From Tubiluchus corallicola (taxonomy: Eukaryota; Animalia; Priapulida), in the NCBI GenBank assembly GCA_030141605.1, contig JAQGDQ010000163.1, positions 310,001 through 374,000 of the forward strand: a DNA stretch of 64,000 nt. Direction: 5' to 3'. A program made the position numbers and the translations under genes. The notes under the pieces were generated by a model. That model was not told where the DNA came from, ran no database searches, and saw only the letters and a program-made list of their open reading frames with translations. Positions 1 to 12,895 of the stretch are shown in pieces (the stretch's first letter is position 1; each line of letters begins with the position of its first letter).

Positions 1-161
1 TGACACAAGCACACACTTTTGGAGTTAGCATAGTAAAATTGATAAAACTGGCCATGTTATTTACATTCAGAAAAAAATACTTTTGAGAGTGCCACTTTTG
101 TGAAAGTTTGACTAGTCTACATTGGGTATTTTTGGTTGATTCACAGAATGTAGTGCTCCAC

Positions 162-260
162 TTTGTGCTTTGTAGTACCCTTTAATTGCCATGGTCATTA
201 CCCTTTAATTGCCCTAAATTGGAGTAATTGTAACAAAACATTATGCAAGTTTACTGTTTG
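162..260. repeat. dispersed intronic repeat, copy 1 (similar to 2035-2110)
   Basis: ctttgtagtaccc...tggtcatta...ccta.attggagtaatt...acaaaa recurs at ~2036-2097 with substitutions. Confidence 0.45.
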
Positions 261-1061
261 GCTATAAATACACCATTTTTCTGTAAACTAGCTGTATAGA
301 TCTGATTTAGTCGAAAGATTTGATTAAATGCAGAAATCACAAAGAACTTGCTTATAACATAACAATAACACTAGATTTGTAGCCCAAGGTCTTTCATTTG
401 CAGCTCTGTGGCACCAATAATTCACCTCGGCTATTAATGATACCATTGGGCTGCACATGAAATACCAGGGTGCAAATGTTCGTGATGCTTATGTAAGCTA
501 GCATTGTTATTATTATGACTAATACTAACTTAGTTTAAAACGGGATAAAATTATTTATCACACATTCGTTGTTTGAATAAGTAATGGCATTAGACTACTT
601 AATTTACCTTTACTACTTTTCCATTGCTTTTTCAGCAGAGTTCTGTTGTTGGTAATGACTACAGGCTGTTAGTGGTTATTAATGCCCATTGTTGATGACA
701 GTGGTCAGTTAGTGACATTAACGTCCCTTGCTATTGATGGCGGTTAATAGTCACCGAAGCCCTGTCGTTGTCATTTATGATTGCCATTGTTTAAATAAGG
801 CTTCTATTTTGAATATTAATGCTTAGAAAATGCCCCTTGTATTAGTTATAATAAACTATTAATAACAGGAAAGATTCAATTTTCAGCCGCCTTCTCTTCT
901 GCTTTCTTTGCTGTAATGCCACTGAGAAATTAGCTTTTTCTGTTTAGCAGAACTCACATTCATTCAGAATGAAATGTATTGCCAAAATTTAATAAAGCAA
1001 ATGAACAAATCTAAAGTAATTATTTCTAATGCAGAAAAAACTGAATCTTTCGCTTTTTTAG

Positions 1062-4000
1062 AGCACGTGGCACCACAACATCTCGTACGATGTGACAATC
1101 CATATGCAGCGTATCAGCGTGGAGCGTACAGTGATCGACACAGCGTAATCGTCCCATACGAAGCACCACAAGCTGGGACGTCGTATACCACTAACTTATA
1201 TCGATTTATGTGTTATAATTCATGTGTAGGAGGTTTGAACAGACGGCCTATTCAACTCATATTTACTTTGGAATGTAGGTAAGATTGGCTGTTTAACTAA
1301 AATTGTGAATTTGGATGGCAGCAAGTTGAACTAAGTTGTGTTATTTGAGGTAATAGGTGCAGGACCGTAAATGTAAAATAATCCGCTGTGCAGTACGTAC
1401 AGTCAGGATGTCTAATGACCTAGATAAATGAATGCTGAATTTCAACTTGTCAAGCAGCTGATCACATGTAAAGAGTAATGGATCATAGTTAAACGGTACG
1501 CATTTATGTGAGTTACTTTAATCATACTCTAATAAATTATTGTGCATTATTTAAAAACTTTTCGCACACAGTTTATTGAGTGTTAAGAGTCTTGGCTTCA
1601 TAATAAACAACACTATTATAACTTTTGTAACTTATAGAATGTTGCTTAATAGGTCTCTTCTGTTTATAAATCTAGCTGCTTAATAAATCCATTTAGCTTC
1701 GCACCAAGGTGGATTTATTAAGCGGAGTATAGTACAATAATGGACATTTTTGTTGTCAATTCCCAAGTGTTTTGTCTACAATTGCTACAGTTTATTAGAC
1801 ATTAAATTATGATGATGGTCTTAGTTGACGATTCAGGTAGCTATTTCAGTGTGGTGTGAACTTGTTGCTTGAGTTGACCAGGCACAACCAGTCAAGTAAC
1901 CTGCCTTTTTTTTAAATTTAGGCCCTAATGTGCCCCCTCAGTACAACTTACATTACGTATTTAGTTTTTTCCCTTTCATTAAAGTAACTATTCAACCCAT
2001 CTGTTTTTTATGATAATATACTGCTCCATTGCATGCTTTGTAGCACCCCTTATCTCATGTGGTCATTAGCCTAGATTGGAGTAATTTGTACAAAAATGTT
2101 CATTGTAAATTTGACAGCATTCAGCTGTAGTTGATTTGCAGACTAATAACAGCAAGTTGCACCTGCTGAACCTGCATTTTACGCTGATTGTTAGACTTGC
2201 TGTCAATTCTCTTCTATGAGCTCCAGAAGGGAAAAGTTCATTTTAAACTTACATGTGCGCCTATCTAAGTTTTGCAAATTTCTAAGCCTATATTTGCTAT
2301 ACTATAAAGGCGTACTAAATTCTGAAAAATTAGCATAATTTTTGTTGGTATTAATGCATTAAACCCAGAAAGCTGTAATCATATATCACACTGGTGTTTC
2401 AACAACATTCGCTTATTCTAACCTTGGCAGCTTATAGTTTTATAAGAGGATTTCATTATTTTTAGCTCTGTGCAGCACTGTACAGCGTTTATAATCTGAA
2501 CATATATCGCATAAAGGCGTACATATCTTATATGCTTGCTTTAAGCTTATTTCCACCCAAAACCCAAAAATCATTTTGCTTTTCACTTTGCCAACAGCCA
2601 CTGCTTAGTCATAAAGCTATGGAATACACAAGAGAGGCTTAATGCACTCTAAACCTCTTTTCTTGCTTATTAGTATTTTAATCTAATATACTAAGTGTGC
2701 AATTTATGAATTAATTACTACTTCTGCATATAAAAAGTATTTCAGTTTCTTGGTGTGTTCATGAGTTACCTGCATTTTGTGGCACTTGACAGACAATTTA
2801 AATGAGTTTCTCATTCGAATTTTATTAGTTTATATACTTCATTTTTGCAGGGATAGAATACTTGGGCGGAAGGCCATTGAAGTTCGGATCTGCGCTTGTC
2901 CGGGTAGAGACAGCAAAGCTTCTGAAGAAAGAAGCTCTGCTCGTGCATCGACGGAATCGTCTCGACCACCCAAGAAAAAACGTTTACTTGAGGAAGTTGA
3001 TGAGGAGAGATTTACTCTTATAGTAAGGCTTTGCATAATTTATAGACGTTTCGCCATGCCCACCTTTTTTCATTTTGTAAATTATTATTATGTGCTATCT
3101 TGTGATTATTTGGAAGACAAATATATTATTCTGATTCTGATGCTGAATTAAAGCGCTTTTAATTCATGAGAAAAATGAAAAATTGTCGATTTTTGTACTC
3201 GCCTTTTTTAACTAAGTTCATATTCACAAAGGAAAACCAGAAATTGCAAAAATTCCAAGTGTTTCCGGTATTTTTTAAAATGAATGCATAAAAATCGTGT
3301 GAATATTAGCATGGTACTCTTGGTCTAATGTTCGCTACAAAAGTCAGTATGGTTTTAACTGATTGTTTTGCCAGCAAACATAAACCAGTTAAATTTGCAC
3401 CTAGATGATTTTGGATAATTCATTACTGAACAATTGTAATTCTACACGTAGAAGAATTTGTAATCACTGATTATTTTATTTCGGTAATCAACTGCTTGCT
3501 GATGAGCAAGTAAATGACCACACAGATATGATACTGACTAGCATGGTATGCTTATTCCACATCACGTGCCTCATTATTCATGGTTTGGCTTTGGCAATTG
3601 TCTCTGTACATTTGCAAGTTTATTATTTCCCAACTGATTGTTTTTGTTTATCATTAAATTTAGAAATTTTCATAGCAGGATGTTTGTCTAAGTGATTGAG
3701 TACTAGGATAAAGCTTCTCATAGTATGTTGTGTCTTAATAAGTTATTTCTAAATTAGTTTTTGTTTATTACAGCAAATGTGATGGTTTTTCTTAAATGCC
3801 TGGTGCTGCTTTCTTCGTACAAAATGTTCTCATACTAATGTCAATAAAGAATAATTTTTTCTTCTATAAAATGTTATTTTTTCTGGGCAAGGAAAATAAA
3901 ATGCTCTGCTCATAATCTTTTTTTAGAAAAACCGAAGCCTTTCTATTAATTATGCTCATTTTAGTGTTGTCAACCTTATCAAAAAGAAGAATCTTGTCAG

Positions 4001-5151
4001 AAATAGAATTTTGAAAGTCTCCTTTCACATTCTGGCTCATTTATGGAATTACTATTTTGTTGCATGCAGGTTAAAGGACGGGAAAATTATCAAATCCTTT
4101 TGAGGATCAAGCAGCTGCTAGACCTTAAAGACTGTGAACTTCAGCACTATAAGCGTGAGCACACGCAAATGAAGAAACGGTCTGTTTTATATCACAGCAC
4201 CTATCTGTTGCACATTTTCATTTGTGATTCTTAATTGAAATCATTACTACTAATAATTAAATAGGTGTTGCCACCTACATTTAAAATTATTTATCATTGA
4301 ACTGACTCAAGTTCAGCCAGATTGTGGCTTTGGTCTGCTGCTCAGTCACCTATACCTGTTGGGCTTCCCATATATGGTAGTGTAGATTGCTAGTGAGTTT
4401 CGCTAGCCAATCAGGTATGCTCATTGGGTGCATGTGACTTGGGTAGCTCTGCCAAGGCCAGCCTGGGCCTTTTTTTCTTCTTGGTCATTGCTGTTGAATG
4501 GTCACCATGTGTCTTCTTTCCTGTAAATAATAGTGTAATATCTAATAGAAATAAAGTCTTTCATAGTTCAACACAATTTCATATTCTTTGTTTCAACGAC
4601 CAGAGTGACAAGACAAGTCTACAACAGTCTACACTAACTTCAGTCTAATATACTTCATGTTCTCTACAAATTCAATCCTTCTATACTTCGGCTAAAAGTT
4701 TCTACACCATTTCTTAAAAATAGTATTAAATTTATAATCATGGCATTTGTACTTACATTCATTGACAGACATGATCACTGACATTTTCCTAACTAGTGAT
4801 CTTTAGGTATTGCTTAGCCCAGTTCTCTTATTGTTGCTAGTTTGTGTTTCACAATCAATGTTGACATTGCTAATGTTGATTTAACTTCTCTGAAATTTAT
4901 TTTTCCCTGTTAAGCGCTTTTTATGCAGTATTCAAGAGAAACATCAGTAATGAACTACTAATATTATTTTATTATTTACTATATTATTTTCTATTGCTTG
5001 TCTGTTATGTAGGCACATTTGCAACGTTCATAGCAGCAGTTAACTTTAGCAGTTGTCATTTTTAGATCTTCATCTTATCAGGAAACATTATGTGAGTCAC
5101 AGAATTATCATAGTTCCTAATTTTTTCAGATTGAAAGATCTCATCATGTGA
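1062..5151 (+). CDS. p53/p63/p73-family transcription factor, 5'-partial; exons ~1062-1278, 2851-3022, 4070-4179, 5130-5151
   Basis: Exons read [10 protein letters not shown]...[14 protein letters not shown]...[23 protein letters not shown] (L2/L3 loops with zinc-binding His/Cys), [11 protein letters not shown] (conserved box V), an NLS-like PPKKKR, and [21 protein letters not shown] (tetramerisation domain). GT-AG boundaries are phase-compatible. The terminal exon and the first acceptor (1035 vs 1062) are uncertain. Confidence 0.93.
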
Positions 5152-5323
5152 CAGCGAAATTTCGTGACCTGAGTGAGCATTTTTATATATAGTGGAATCA
5201 TTGGTACCACATAGAAATCTGGGGCCTTATTGCCACGTATGTCAGTGACCTTTAAAATGTTTTCTGTTTGTGTGTTGAGTACCCCATTTAGAAACTTTGA
5301 TCTGTATAAACTGAATGAAGACG

Positions 5324-5551
5324 AGTGAAATCAGTGTTGTTATATGTGCTCTGAGGTATGTACTGATTGAACACAGATCTAGTGAAATCAGTGTTGTTAT
5401 ATGTGCTCTGAGTTATGTACTGATTGAACACAGATCTAGTGAAATCAGTGTTGTTATATGTGCTCTGAGGTATGTACTGATTGAACACAGATTTAGTGAA
5501 ATCAGTGTTGTTATATGTGCTGTGAGGTATGTACTGATTGCACACTGATCT
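5324..5551. repeat. 57-bp tandem repeat, ~4 copies, in the probable p53-family 3' UTR
   Basis: Unit agtgaaatcagtgttgttatatgtgctctgaggtatgtactgattgaacacagatct starts at 5324, 5381, 5438 and 5495; copies are near-identical. Confidence 0.97.
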
Positions 5552-7341
5552 AATCGACACTAGTATTATTGGCAAGTTGACAACCAAATTGTATGCTCTT
5601 TCTGCAAATACAGTGGAGTTATGCCGAGTACAGTTGGTTAGAGAAATTAGCAGTATCCTTATTTGTGAAATTACGTGAAGAAATACTTATGCCAGTAAAG
5701 GAAGCATCTGAATGTGAAATTATTGATTATGTGTTCACTAGTGATATTAGCAATGTTTCCATTTACACAATGATCATGTATACCAGTCAAGCAAACTGCA
5801 GAGGTAGTTACAAACTACATGTATATCAGCAGTATTAGGATAATTTTTGCTGGTAAACTAAGAGGTTCAGTAATATTAAGGCCATTATCACTAGCAATAT
5901 GAATATCATATCAAGATATCCACAGAATTGCATGTTAGTGTTGGTTTCAATTATTAAGTGGTTCTGCATCAGGCAGCCAGTGCAAATTAGTGCATTTACT
6001 AAAGCCAGTGAACTTTAATGTGAAATCAGAAATATTTGTACCCAAATGTCATGTGAAGGCGGACATTAGTTTTAATGAGGTATAGTAAATGGTTTTGTAA
6101 AGAGGAACATAAATCTTTATATCAGTTTTCAACATCGCAGGGAACTGACGACATATGCATGTAACTGATGTAAGTCTTGCAGTAACCCAGAGAACAGTGT
6201 AAGGAGTCGTACATGGAAGCCTTTCAGTTTCACAGCTTGGAGTGAAATGTTTCATTAAAAGTGCTACTTGAATATAAAATTGTGCTTTGATCTGGCAAAC
6301 TTATTAGGACTGAAAAACTTGTAAATATTGTAGTAAACAAGCTCTTCTGACAAGGATGTGATAGTGACAAATAAAACCTCACGTCTGTTTTTCAAGCTCT
6401 GTGCTACAGCGTCCACAGCAGGGTTAAATGCTGTAGTTTCGGCTCTATGTGCATTTGCTGTTGAAGTTTGGAATATTTCTCAGTACTAAAGTTGTAACTA
6501 TTTCCTCTACAAGTGTTTCATTTATTGTAATACAGCTTCGTACCATTTATTTATTGCAAAAATAGAATTTATGTTTTATAGAAATATAATAGTCAGTAAT
6601 TAAATGTCATCAATTATGGTGTCTGATTTTACTTTGTTAAGGCAAGCATTTCTTCTTGAAGTTATGAATCATTCAAGTTACTCATTTGATGGTTGTCAGT
6701 TTACAAAAGTAATATTTTTCCAATAATGATAACCAATTGTGTTTAAAAGCAATTCTTTAGACCTATACAGTGTTCATTTAATAGGAACTTAATGTGTATT
6801 TCCTTGCTGGATGGAGAGTGAACTCCTAGCCAGAGAAGAACACTCTTTACAACATTTCACATCTTTAGCCAAGGAATCAAACAAATGAATGGATTGTAAG
6901 AGTTGTTATTATTGTGGTCGCTGACTTGCTTCACATTACTCTGTGCTGTTGTGTAGCACAGTATAGTAATCTACTACCAGGCTAATAGACTAATAAACCT
7001 TGCTGTGTAGTAGTTTGAAAAATTAGGTAATACGTAGTAGTAAAGTAATGTGATAAACACCAAAGCGTCTTAGTTTTTTTTAATAGAGTAATATTGTTTT
7101 ATTAATTTATTATTATAACGTTCTTGGGCCGATCTGGTTAGTTTCGGTCGTAGAAAACAACAGGAATCGAGCTGAACTACAACAACCCTGTGCCGCAGAC
7201 CAAAAGTTTCCCATAATTACTTTTCTGAAATTTAGCGATCTAAGACTCTGAGTAATACAAGTGGTGTTGCAAAGCCACTGGTGTAGTAGTGTCTAGTTAT
7301 TTTTCTCGGTTACTGATATGTTTACCTGTCTTAAGGGCAGA

Positions 7342-7529
7342 TTTCTTTTATTTTAGAATTCTGCCCGCCCAATGTCTACAACAGACGTGATGGGCATATG
7401 TTGATAGTGTCCATACTATAGCAGTGTGGAGTTTTTTGCTGGATTACTGCTATGTTTACTTGAGGGCTGAGTTCTTTTATTTTAGAATTCTGTCTACCAA
7501 ATGTCTGCAGTAGACGTAATGGGCATATG
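7342..7529. repeat. imperfect direct repeat of ~58 bp, 129-bp spacing
   Basis: ttcttttattttagaattctg...aatgtct...agacgt.atgggcatatg at ~7343 and ~7472. Confidence 0.8.
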
Positions 7530-7939
7530 ATTATGGTGATGGTGACAGCTTTGCATAATGTAGGCCTGTCAACTACAAAATGCTGAATTTTTAGGTCTTT
7601 GTTTAATCCAAGTAAATGTGAGATTATTCCATGCAATAGTCTTAATTCTGAGCAGCTTCAACAATCAATTTCCTCGTCTTTCAAGAATGAAAATAGTATC
7701 TCCTAGCAAAGCAATTCTGTTAGATGCACCTTTTGGGATGATGCTATGCTGTCTGTTTAAGGGGAAAAAATTAGACCAATTAACAAATGGAAACAAAATA
7801 TTTTGATGGCATGACCTTCCTCTATCTCCTGTGGTACCATTATATCTAAAATCTGAGTTTTAGCTAATTCAGTATAGTGGAGGGCAAATAGCATTTATGC
7901 TAATACCCCCATCTCTGGATTATGGATTATGGTTAACAC

Positions 7940-8510
7940 TCTTTGGTTCTCGTCTTACCTTATTAGATGCACATGATGCATTATACCTACTTCGACATTC
8001 TCTATTTCAAAATCGGTCCACATTTTGAGATCTTCATCTGTTTTCCAATCTGATGTACTTAGCTTTTATGATTCTGTTCTTTGTGAAACTCTTCAGACTA
8101 TACTAAACATTCATATGACTGATTCAGTTTGGGCACAAGCTACCCTGACAGTTTCCAAAGGAGGTCTTGGTAAGTGCTACCCATCAGCTAGTGGTTCCGC
8201 TTGTTTAGTACAAGAAATCCTTTCTAGAGTTCTCACCTCTAACACTTATACTACATTAGATTTAGCAAATTCAGTCTGGGCAGAAAAAGCCTAAACATTT
8301 GTTACAACTCTACCTGATTCAACTTTACAAAAATTTTGGGACAAACTTTTTGACAATTCAAGCATCTTTTGATAGTTTGTTTGCCAGGACTTATGAGGTT
8401 GGCAAAGCACGGCTATTAGCAATATCTTCTAGTCATGCTGGTGCATTGGGCCTGCATTTAGATGATAATTATCAATTGCATATTGATGCAGCGTTTCAAT
8501 TAGGTGCATA
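7940..8510 (+). mobile_element. degenerate non-LTR retrotransposon fragment (CRE-like, post-RT region)
   Basis: Frameshifted pieces LYLLRHSL, WAQATL...KGGLG and KARLLA.SS.HAG...LGLHLDD...LGA resemble motifs downstream of the RT domain in CRE-clade elements; the ORF is broken. Confidence 0.65.
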
Positions 8511-9009
8511 GTAGGTGTTAGTGTGCAACAAAGGAAGTGTAAAAGACATTAAAGTGACAATGAAGAGTGTAAGAAATAGAAATTATTAAGGTTAGGTTAG
8601 TTATATGATTATATGTGATGTTAATGAAATGAAGTGATTTGCAATTAATTGATAAAAATTCGTAACTTGATTTTTTTGACGATTAAACTGTATTTATTTC
8701 TTTGTCATCTTTTCATGTCTGGGCAATACTTTTAGGATTTTATTGGCGTGCCTAAACATTATGTTTTTCTCTAATGTACCATAAAGTTCCTTTCATCTTT
8801 TATTTTTGCAATCTACCATTTATCAGGTCTTGATTTTACCATAAAACTTTGCTTATGCTTGCTGTTAAAGTAGTAATTTGAAGAACAGTAGTTAATGTAA
8901 TAAATGACTAATTTAACGAACTGCATATTGGTGTCTATGATTTACAGGTTATCATACCAGAAACATTTAGATACTAATAACTGTTTCTGTGGTGAGGAAG
9001 TCTGACCAT

Positions 9010-10671
9010 ATGGATGATAGAGCAGAGGAATATTGTAACGAAAATAATCTTAAATTGAGCAAAAATCTTGAATGGAAATGCGACAAGCCAGAGATAGTAA
9101 CAGAAGACAGCAATGACAGTGGTGATACAGTGATAAAATACGATGCTGGGAGTATGCTTCCGGAAAGATATGAACTAAGAGATGATGATGAAAATTATGT
9201 TATATCAGAAAGTGTAGCAGAGAGCAGTGATAACGAGGAAGCAGTGAGAAAAAATGATGCTGGCAATGATATTGATAAAACTAGGCCAGACATTTCAACA
9301 GATAACATCTTCAGTGATGATGTTGAAGCCAATGATGTTTTGATGGATCATCAGGATGCCAATTCTGATGCTCCACATGACTTCAGAAGTGGGATGCTGG
9401 TTCAGTATTATACTGAAATTAACGGTGCTTACACCAACGAATCTCTTAGCGAAGAATACGAGAGCGGGCTTCCTGATGTTACAAGTGAGACAGAGAACCA
9501 AGAGTTGCATACACACTGCACTGCCAAACCTTATGAATGTGAGGAATGTGGAAATCGCTTTAGAACGAAAGGCAACTTAAAGCAACACATGAGAATCCAC
9601 ACAGGTGAACGGCCTTACAAATGTAACAGTTGCGAAGCTAGTTTCATGCAGTTGGGACATTTGAGGAGGCATATGATAAAACATTCTAGTGATCAGCCAT
9701 ATAAGTGTGACTTTTGTTCGGCTACATTTAGTGCAGCAAGTGACATAAGAAGACACTACATGAGCCATCCTGATCACAAGCCTTACAAATGCCCTCTATG
9801 TGATAAGACTTTTACACGTGAAGACAGTGTAAGACCACACATGAGAAGACATACGGGAGAAAAACCTTTCAAGTGCACTTTGTGTGATGCTGCTTTTGTG
9901 TATTCTAAGAGCCTTAAAGCACACTTAATGAAACATAGTGGTGAAAAGCCTTACAAGTGTGATGCACCAGAGTGTTTTGCAGCTTTCAGCAAGAAGGACG
10001 ATTTGACAAGGCACAGTAGAATACACACAGGAGAAAAACCATTTAAATGTGATTATTGTGAGGCAGCTTTTACACAAATGGGTAACATGAAGAGGCACAT
10101 GTCAGAACACTCTGGTGAAAAACCTCATAAATGCAAGTTTTGCGAAGCTTCTTTCAAACAGTCAGGTCAGTTGAAACAGCATCACAGAAGTCATACAGGA
10201 GAGAAACCTTATAAATGTGGAGTGTGTGGTTCCAACTTCGCAACACTGAGTAATCTAAAAGTTCATTTAATGATTCATAGTGGAGAAAGGCCTCATAAAT
10301 GTTCAGTGTGCAAAGCCACTTTCACGCACATAAGGAGTTTGAAAGTGCACATACTGCAACATACAGGAGAATTACCATACAGCTGTAACCAGTGCGGAAA
10401 AGGCTTTCGCCAGTCGGGCAACTTAAAACGCCATTTACTTACCCACAAAAATAAAATGATAGAGAAATGTGAAAGAGATGATATAGGAATAGATAATAAC
10501 AAAAATAAAACAACAGAGAAATGTGAAGGAGGTGATATAGGAATAGCTTACACTAAGGGTTTTACTATCAAAAAAGAAATTATGAATGATGCCAATAGAG
10601 AAGATACTATAGAAGAAACTACAGATGCTACAGAAACTAATAAAGAAGACAGTAGAGAAGGAAGATTATAG
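9010..10671 (+). CDS. C2H2 zinc-finger protein (11 tandem fingers, acidic N-terminal region), one large coding exon
   Basis: The 560-aa ORF has 11 CxxC...HxxxH fingers with TGEKP-type linkers. First in-frame ATG is at 9010, in-frame stop at 8968-8970, and candidate acceptors at 8947 and 8970. Confidence 0.93.
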   Translation: MDDRAEEYCNENNLKLSKNLEWKCDKPEIVTEDSNDSGDTVIKYDAGSMLPERYELRDDDENYVISESVAESSDNEEAVRKNDAGNDIDKTRPDISTDNIFSDDVEANDVLMDHQDANSDAPHDFRSGMLVQYYTEINGAYTNESLSEEYESGLPDVTSETENQELHTHCTAKPYECEECGNRFRTKGNLKQHMRIHTGERPYKCNSCEASFMQLGHLRRHMIKHSSDQPYKCDFCSATFSAASDIRRHYMSHPDHKPYKCPLCDKTFTREDSVRPHMRRHTGEKPFKCTLCDAAFVYSKSLKAHLMKHSGEKPYKCDAPECFAAFSKKDDLTRHSRIHTGEKPFKCDYCEAAFTQMGNMKRHMSEHSGEKPHKCKFCEASFKQSGQLKQHHRSHTGEKPYKCGVCGSNFATLSNLKVHLMIHSGERPHKCSVCKATFTHIRSLKVHILQHTGELPYSCNQCGKGFRQSGNLKRHLLTHKNKMIEKCERDDIGIDNNKNKTTEKCEGGDIGIAYTKGFTIKKEIMNDANREDTIEETTDATETNKEDSREGRL

Positions 10672-12167
10672 GAAGTGCTATTTCAATGATATATTATTGA
10701 AATATATTACAATAATTAATACTATTGTAATATATAAGTGTTTGAGACAACATGTTGTAAACATTGAAAAGCAATTTCAGATGTTCAAACTAGTTATGGC
10801 AGTAGAACTATTATTAACCACTTCACTGTATGACGAGAATCTCCTGTCATGACAATGTTATTCTGATTCTCCTGTAAGATGACACTGTACAACCATGATA
10901 TATTAATACCTAAATTGATAAAATGACTGACACGCATGCCAGGTACACTTTGTGATTCAGACTACTGAAAATAGACAGTGGTGCTGTCCTCTATTGGCCA
11001 AAAAGTTTATATATAGGTTATAGGCTACAAAATCCCTGTTGCAAAAAATGTGAGCTTAGCCACAGTATAAAATATTACTGAATGTGTGCTGTGCTGACTT
11101 TTGTTTTCCACTCTATACTTTGCCAAGATGTTTTGAATTTTAACATACAAAATGAAATTTTTTTTTGAAATGACGAAAATTGGTGGTGATGGATAGCAGC
11201 TGGGGCAGCAGCAGTGGAGATTATGGGGGTGTCAATGGATATGATGGTGGCAGTTATAGTTTTGACAGTAAAAGTGATGATGCTATGGCAAAAGTTGCAG
11301 TAATGTGTAAGAGTATTTATAGTAGCCGCAACTTTTCCTTTTCTTAAAATGTTGCACTAAACCAGCTACAATACAAACTGCGTATAAGAGAAGACGTTAA
11401 CAACATTGTGTAAAAGAAATCAGTATATAAAACCATTTCATTGTAGGCCTACTCTAAAACCAGTTTAACTAACTAGTAATTATGCCATGTTCTGGACTGG
11501 ATTATTATGTCTTTTTGGGTCCTTAAGCTAACTAAATTATGGGAACCGATCAGACAGAGTCACCCTCTAACTCACCAGCATACGTCTTGAATATTTTTTA
11601 CTCGTGATATATTATAGTGACATTTACACAGCTTGAAGTAGACTCATTCTAAATTCTTTAAGAAATACCAATATTTTACTATTTAATACAAACCAAATGA
11701 GCACATCTCAACACAACAGTAGTGAAAAAACAGAACAAACAAACTATACTATACTATACTATAGGATAATCTGGCCATAGCCGTGTTATTTATCTATAAC
11801 ATTTGTGGTGCTTCACAAAGTAAAAGATGCAAAATATTACAATGTATGATCATAAACCTCATAAACAGCTCCGTTAGAAGTTTCTTGCACAGGAATTAGT
11901 TTTCTCTTTGATTGCTGCAAGCACATACGTTGAGCACAGTAACAATACTGTAATGATGACTGATAGATAATGGTTTAACATTTGAATGATTTTTGTGACC
12001 AGCAGCAACATGAAATCAATAAATTAGTTGTACAATTACCTGACAGTGAATTACCAACAGTTCATGTTTAAATGCAGTGCATTCCACAAAGTTCAAACTT
12101 CTAAAGTTTGGCTTATGATTCATTCATATTCTATAATAAATGTATATGATGATTTGCCTACAATATA

Positions 12168-12895
12168 CCGTATTTTCCCATGTATAAGAGACCCTTTTTT
12201 GCTCAGAATTTTCACTTTAAAAATAGGGGGTCCTCTTATACATGGGAGTAAGTCTTTTCAATAAGATGCATAAATTGTGACACTAATGATTTTAAAGAAA
12301 TAAGTGCTCTACAACTGTTTTATTTCGAATAATTATAGTTTCCTTTCAATAAATCTTCTCCATGGCTAAATTCTAATGATAAAATTAATGTACCGGGTAA
12401 GTTATTATTTTTTTAAATGTCTCTTTGGTATTGGAGAGAAATCGATTGTTCTGCAGCCAATCAACGCATCTGCATAAGCTCTCTGCATGCCCGTCGACGT
12501 CATTGATACGTCGGCAGAGGTCAACGAGATGAGTCAGCCTAAGCAAGGCGTGTTGCGTTCGACTATGAAGCGGTTGTAAGCAATACAAGCATCGTGACAC
12601 AGGCATTATCTCCTGGAATGGTGTAAAGCCAGAGGTCATTATTAAATCTTTCAAGAAGTGTGGCATCTCCAATGCCATGGACGGCACAGAGGACAATGCC
12701 ATTTTTGAGCAGAGTGACTCCTCTGATGATGAACTGGCTGGAATTGCTGAAGGTCTGACTCCAGTTGATATTTTTGATGAGAGTGATGAGGAATTTAATG
12801 ATTTCTATGATGAATAAAGTTATTCATTACCAAAAAACTTTTTTCCAGAATTTTTGCCTAAAAATTGAAGGGGTCTCTTATACATGGGGTATACA
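12168..12895 (+). mobile_element. internally deleted pogo-like (Tc1/mariner superfamily) DNA transposon
   Basis: TA|CCGTATTTTCCCATGTATAAG left end; repeated subterminal ggg..tcttatacatggg at ~12230 and ~12872; 12611-12740 translates SWNGVKPEVIIKSFKKCGISNAMDGTEDNAIF, typical of the C-terminus of pogo DDE transposases. Confidence 0.82.

Noticed and set aside
1640-1735. Short inverted repeat gcttaataaatcca/tggatttattaagc
   Set aside because: Probably the end of an old pogo-type MITE; no matching left TIR found
5288-5587. Repetitive ORFs on both strands, and a possible CRISPR-like array
   Set aside because: They are a by-product of a 57-bp (multiple of 3) tandem repeat; there are no unique spacers and the context is eukaryotic
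5593-5838. ORF with SWLEKL, faintly like a SAM helix 1
   Set aside because: The rest lacks the SAM pattern and the phase-compatible acceptor is weak; an HMM test is needed before any claim
5092-8970. Possible p53-ZNF read-through fusion via the donor at 5092
   Set aside because: A phase-1 join to the 8948 acceptor hits TAG at 8968, and the 8971 acceptor is phase 0 and incompatible
12385-12702. 105-aa minus-strand ORF
   Set aside because: Antisense of the pogo transposase remnant
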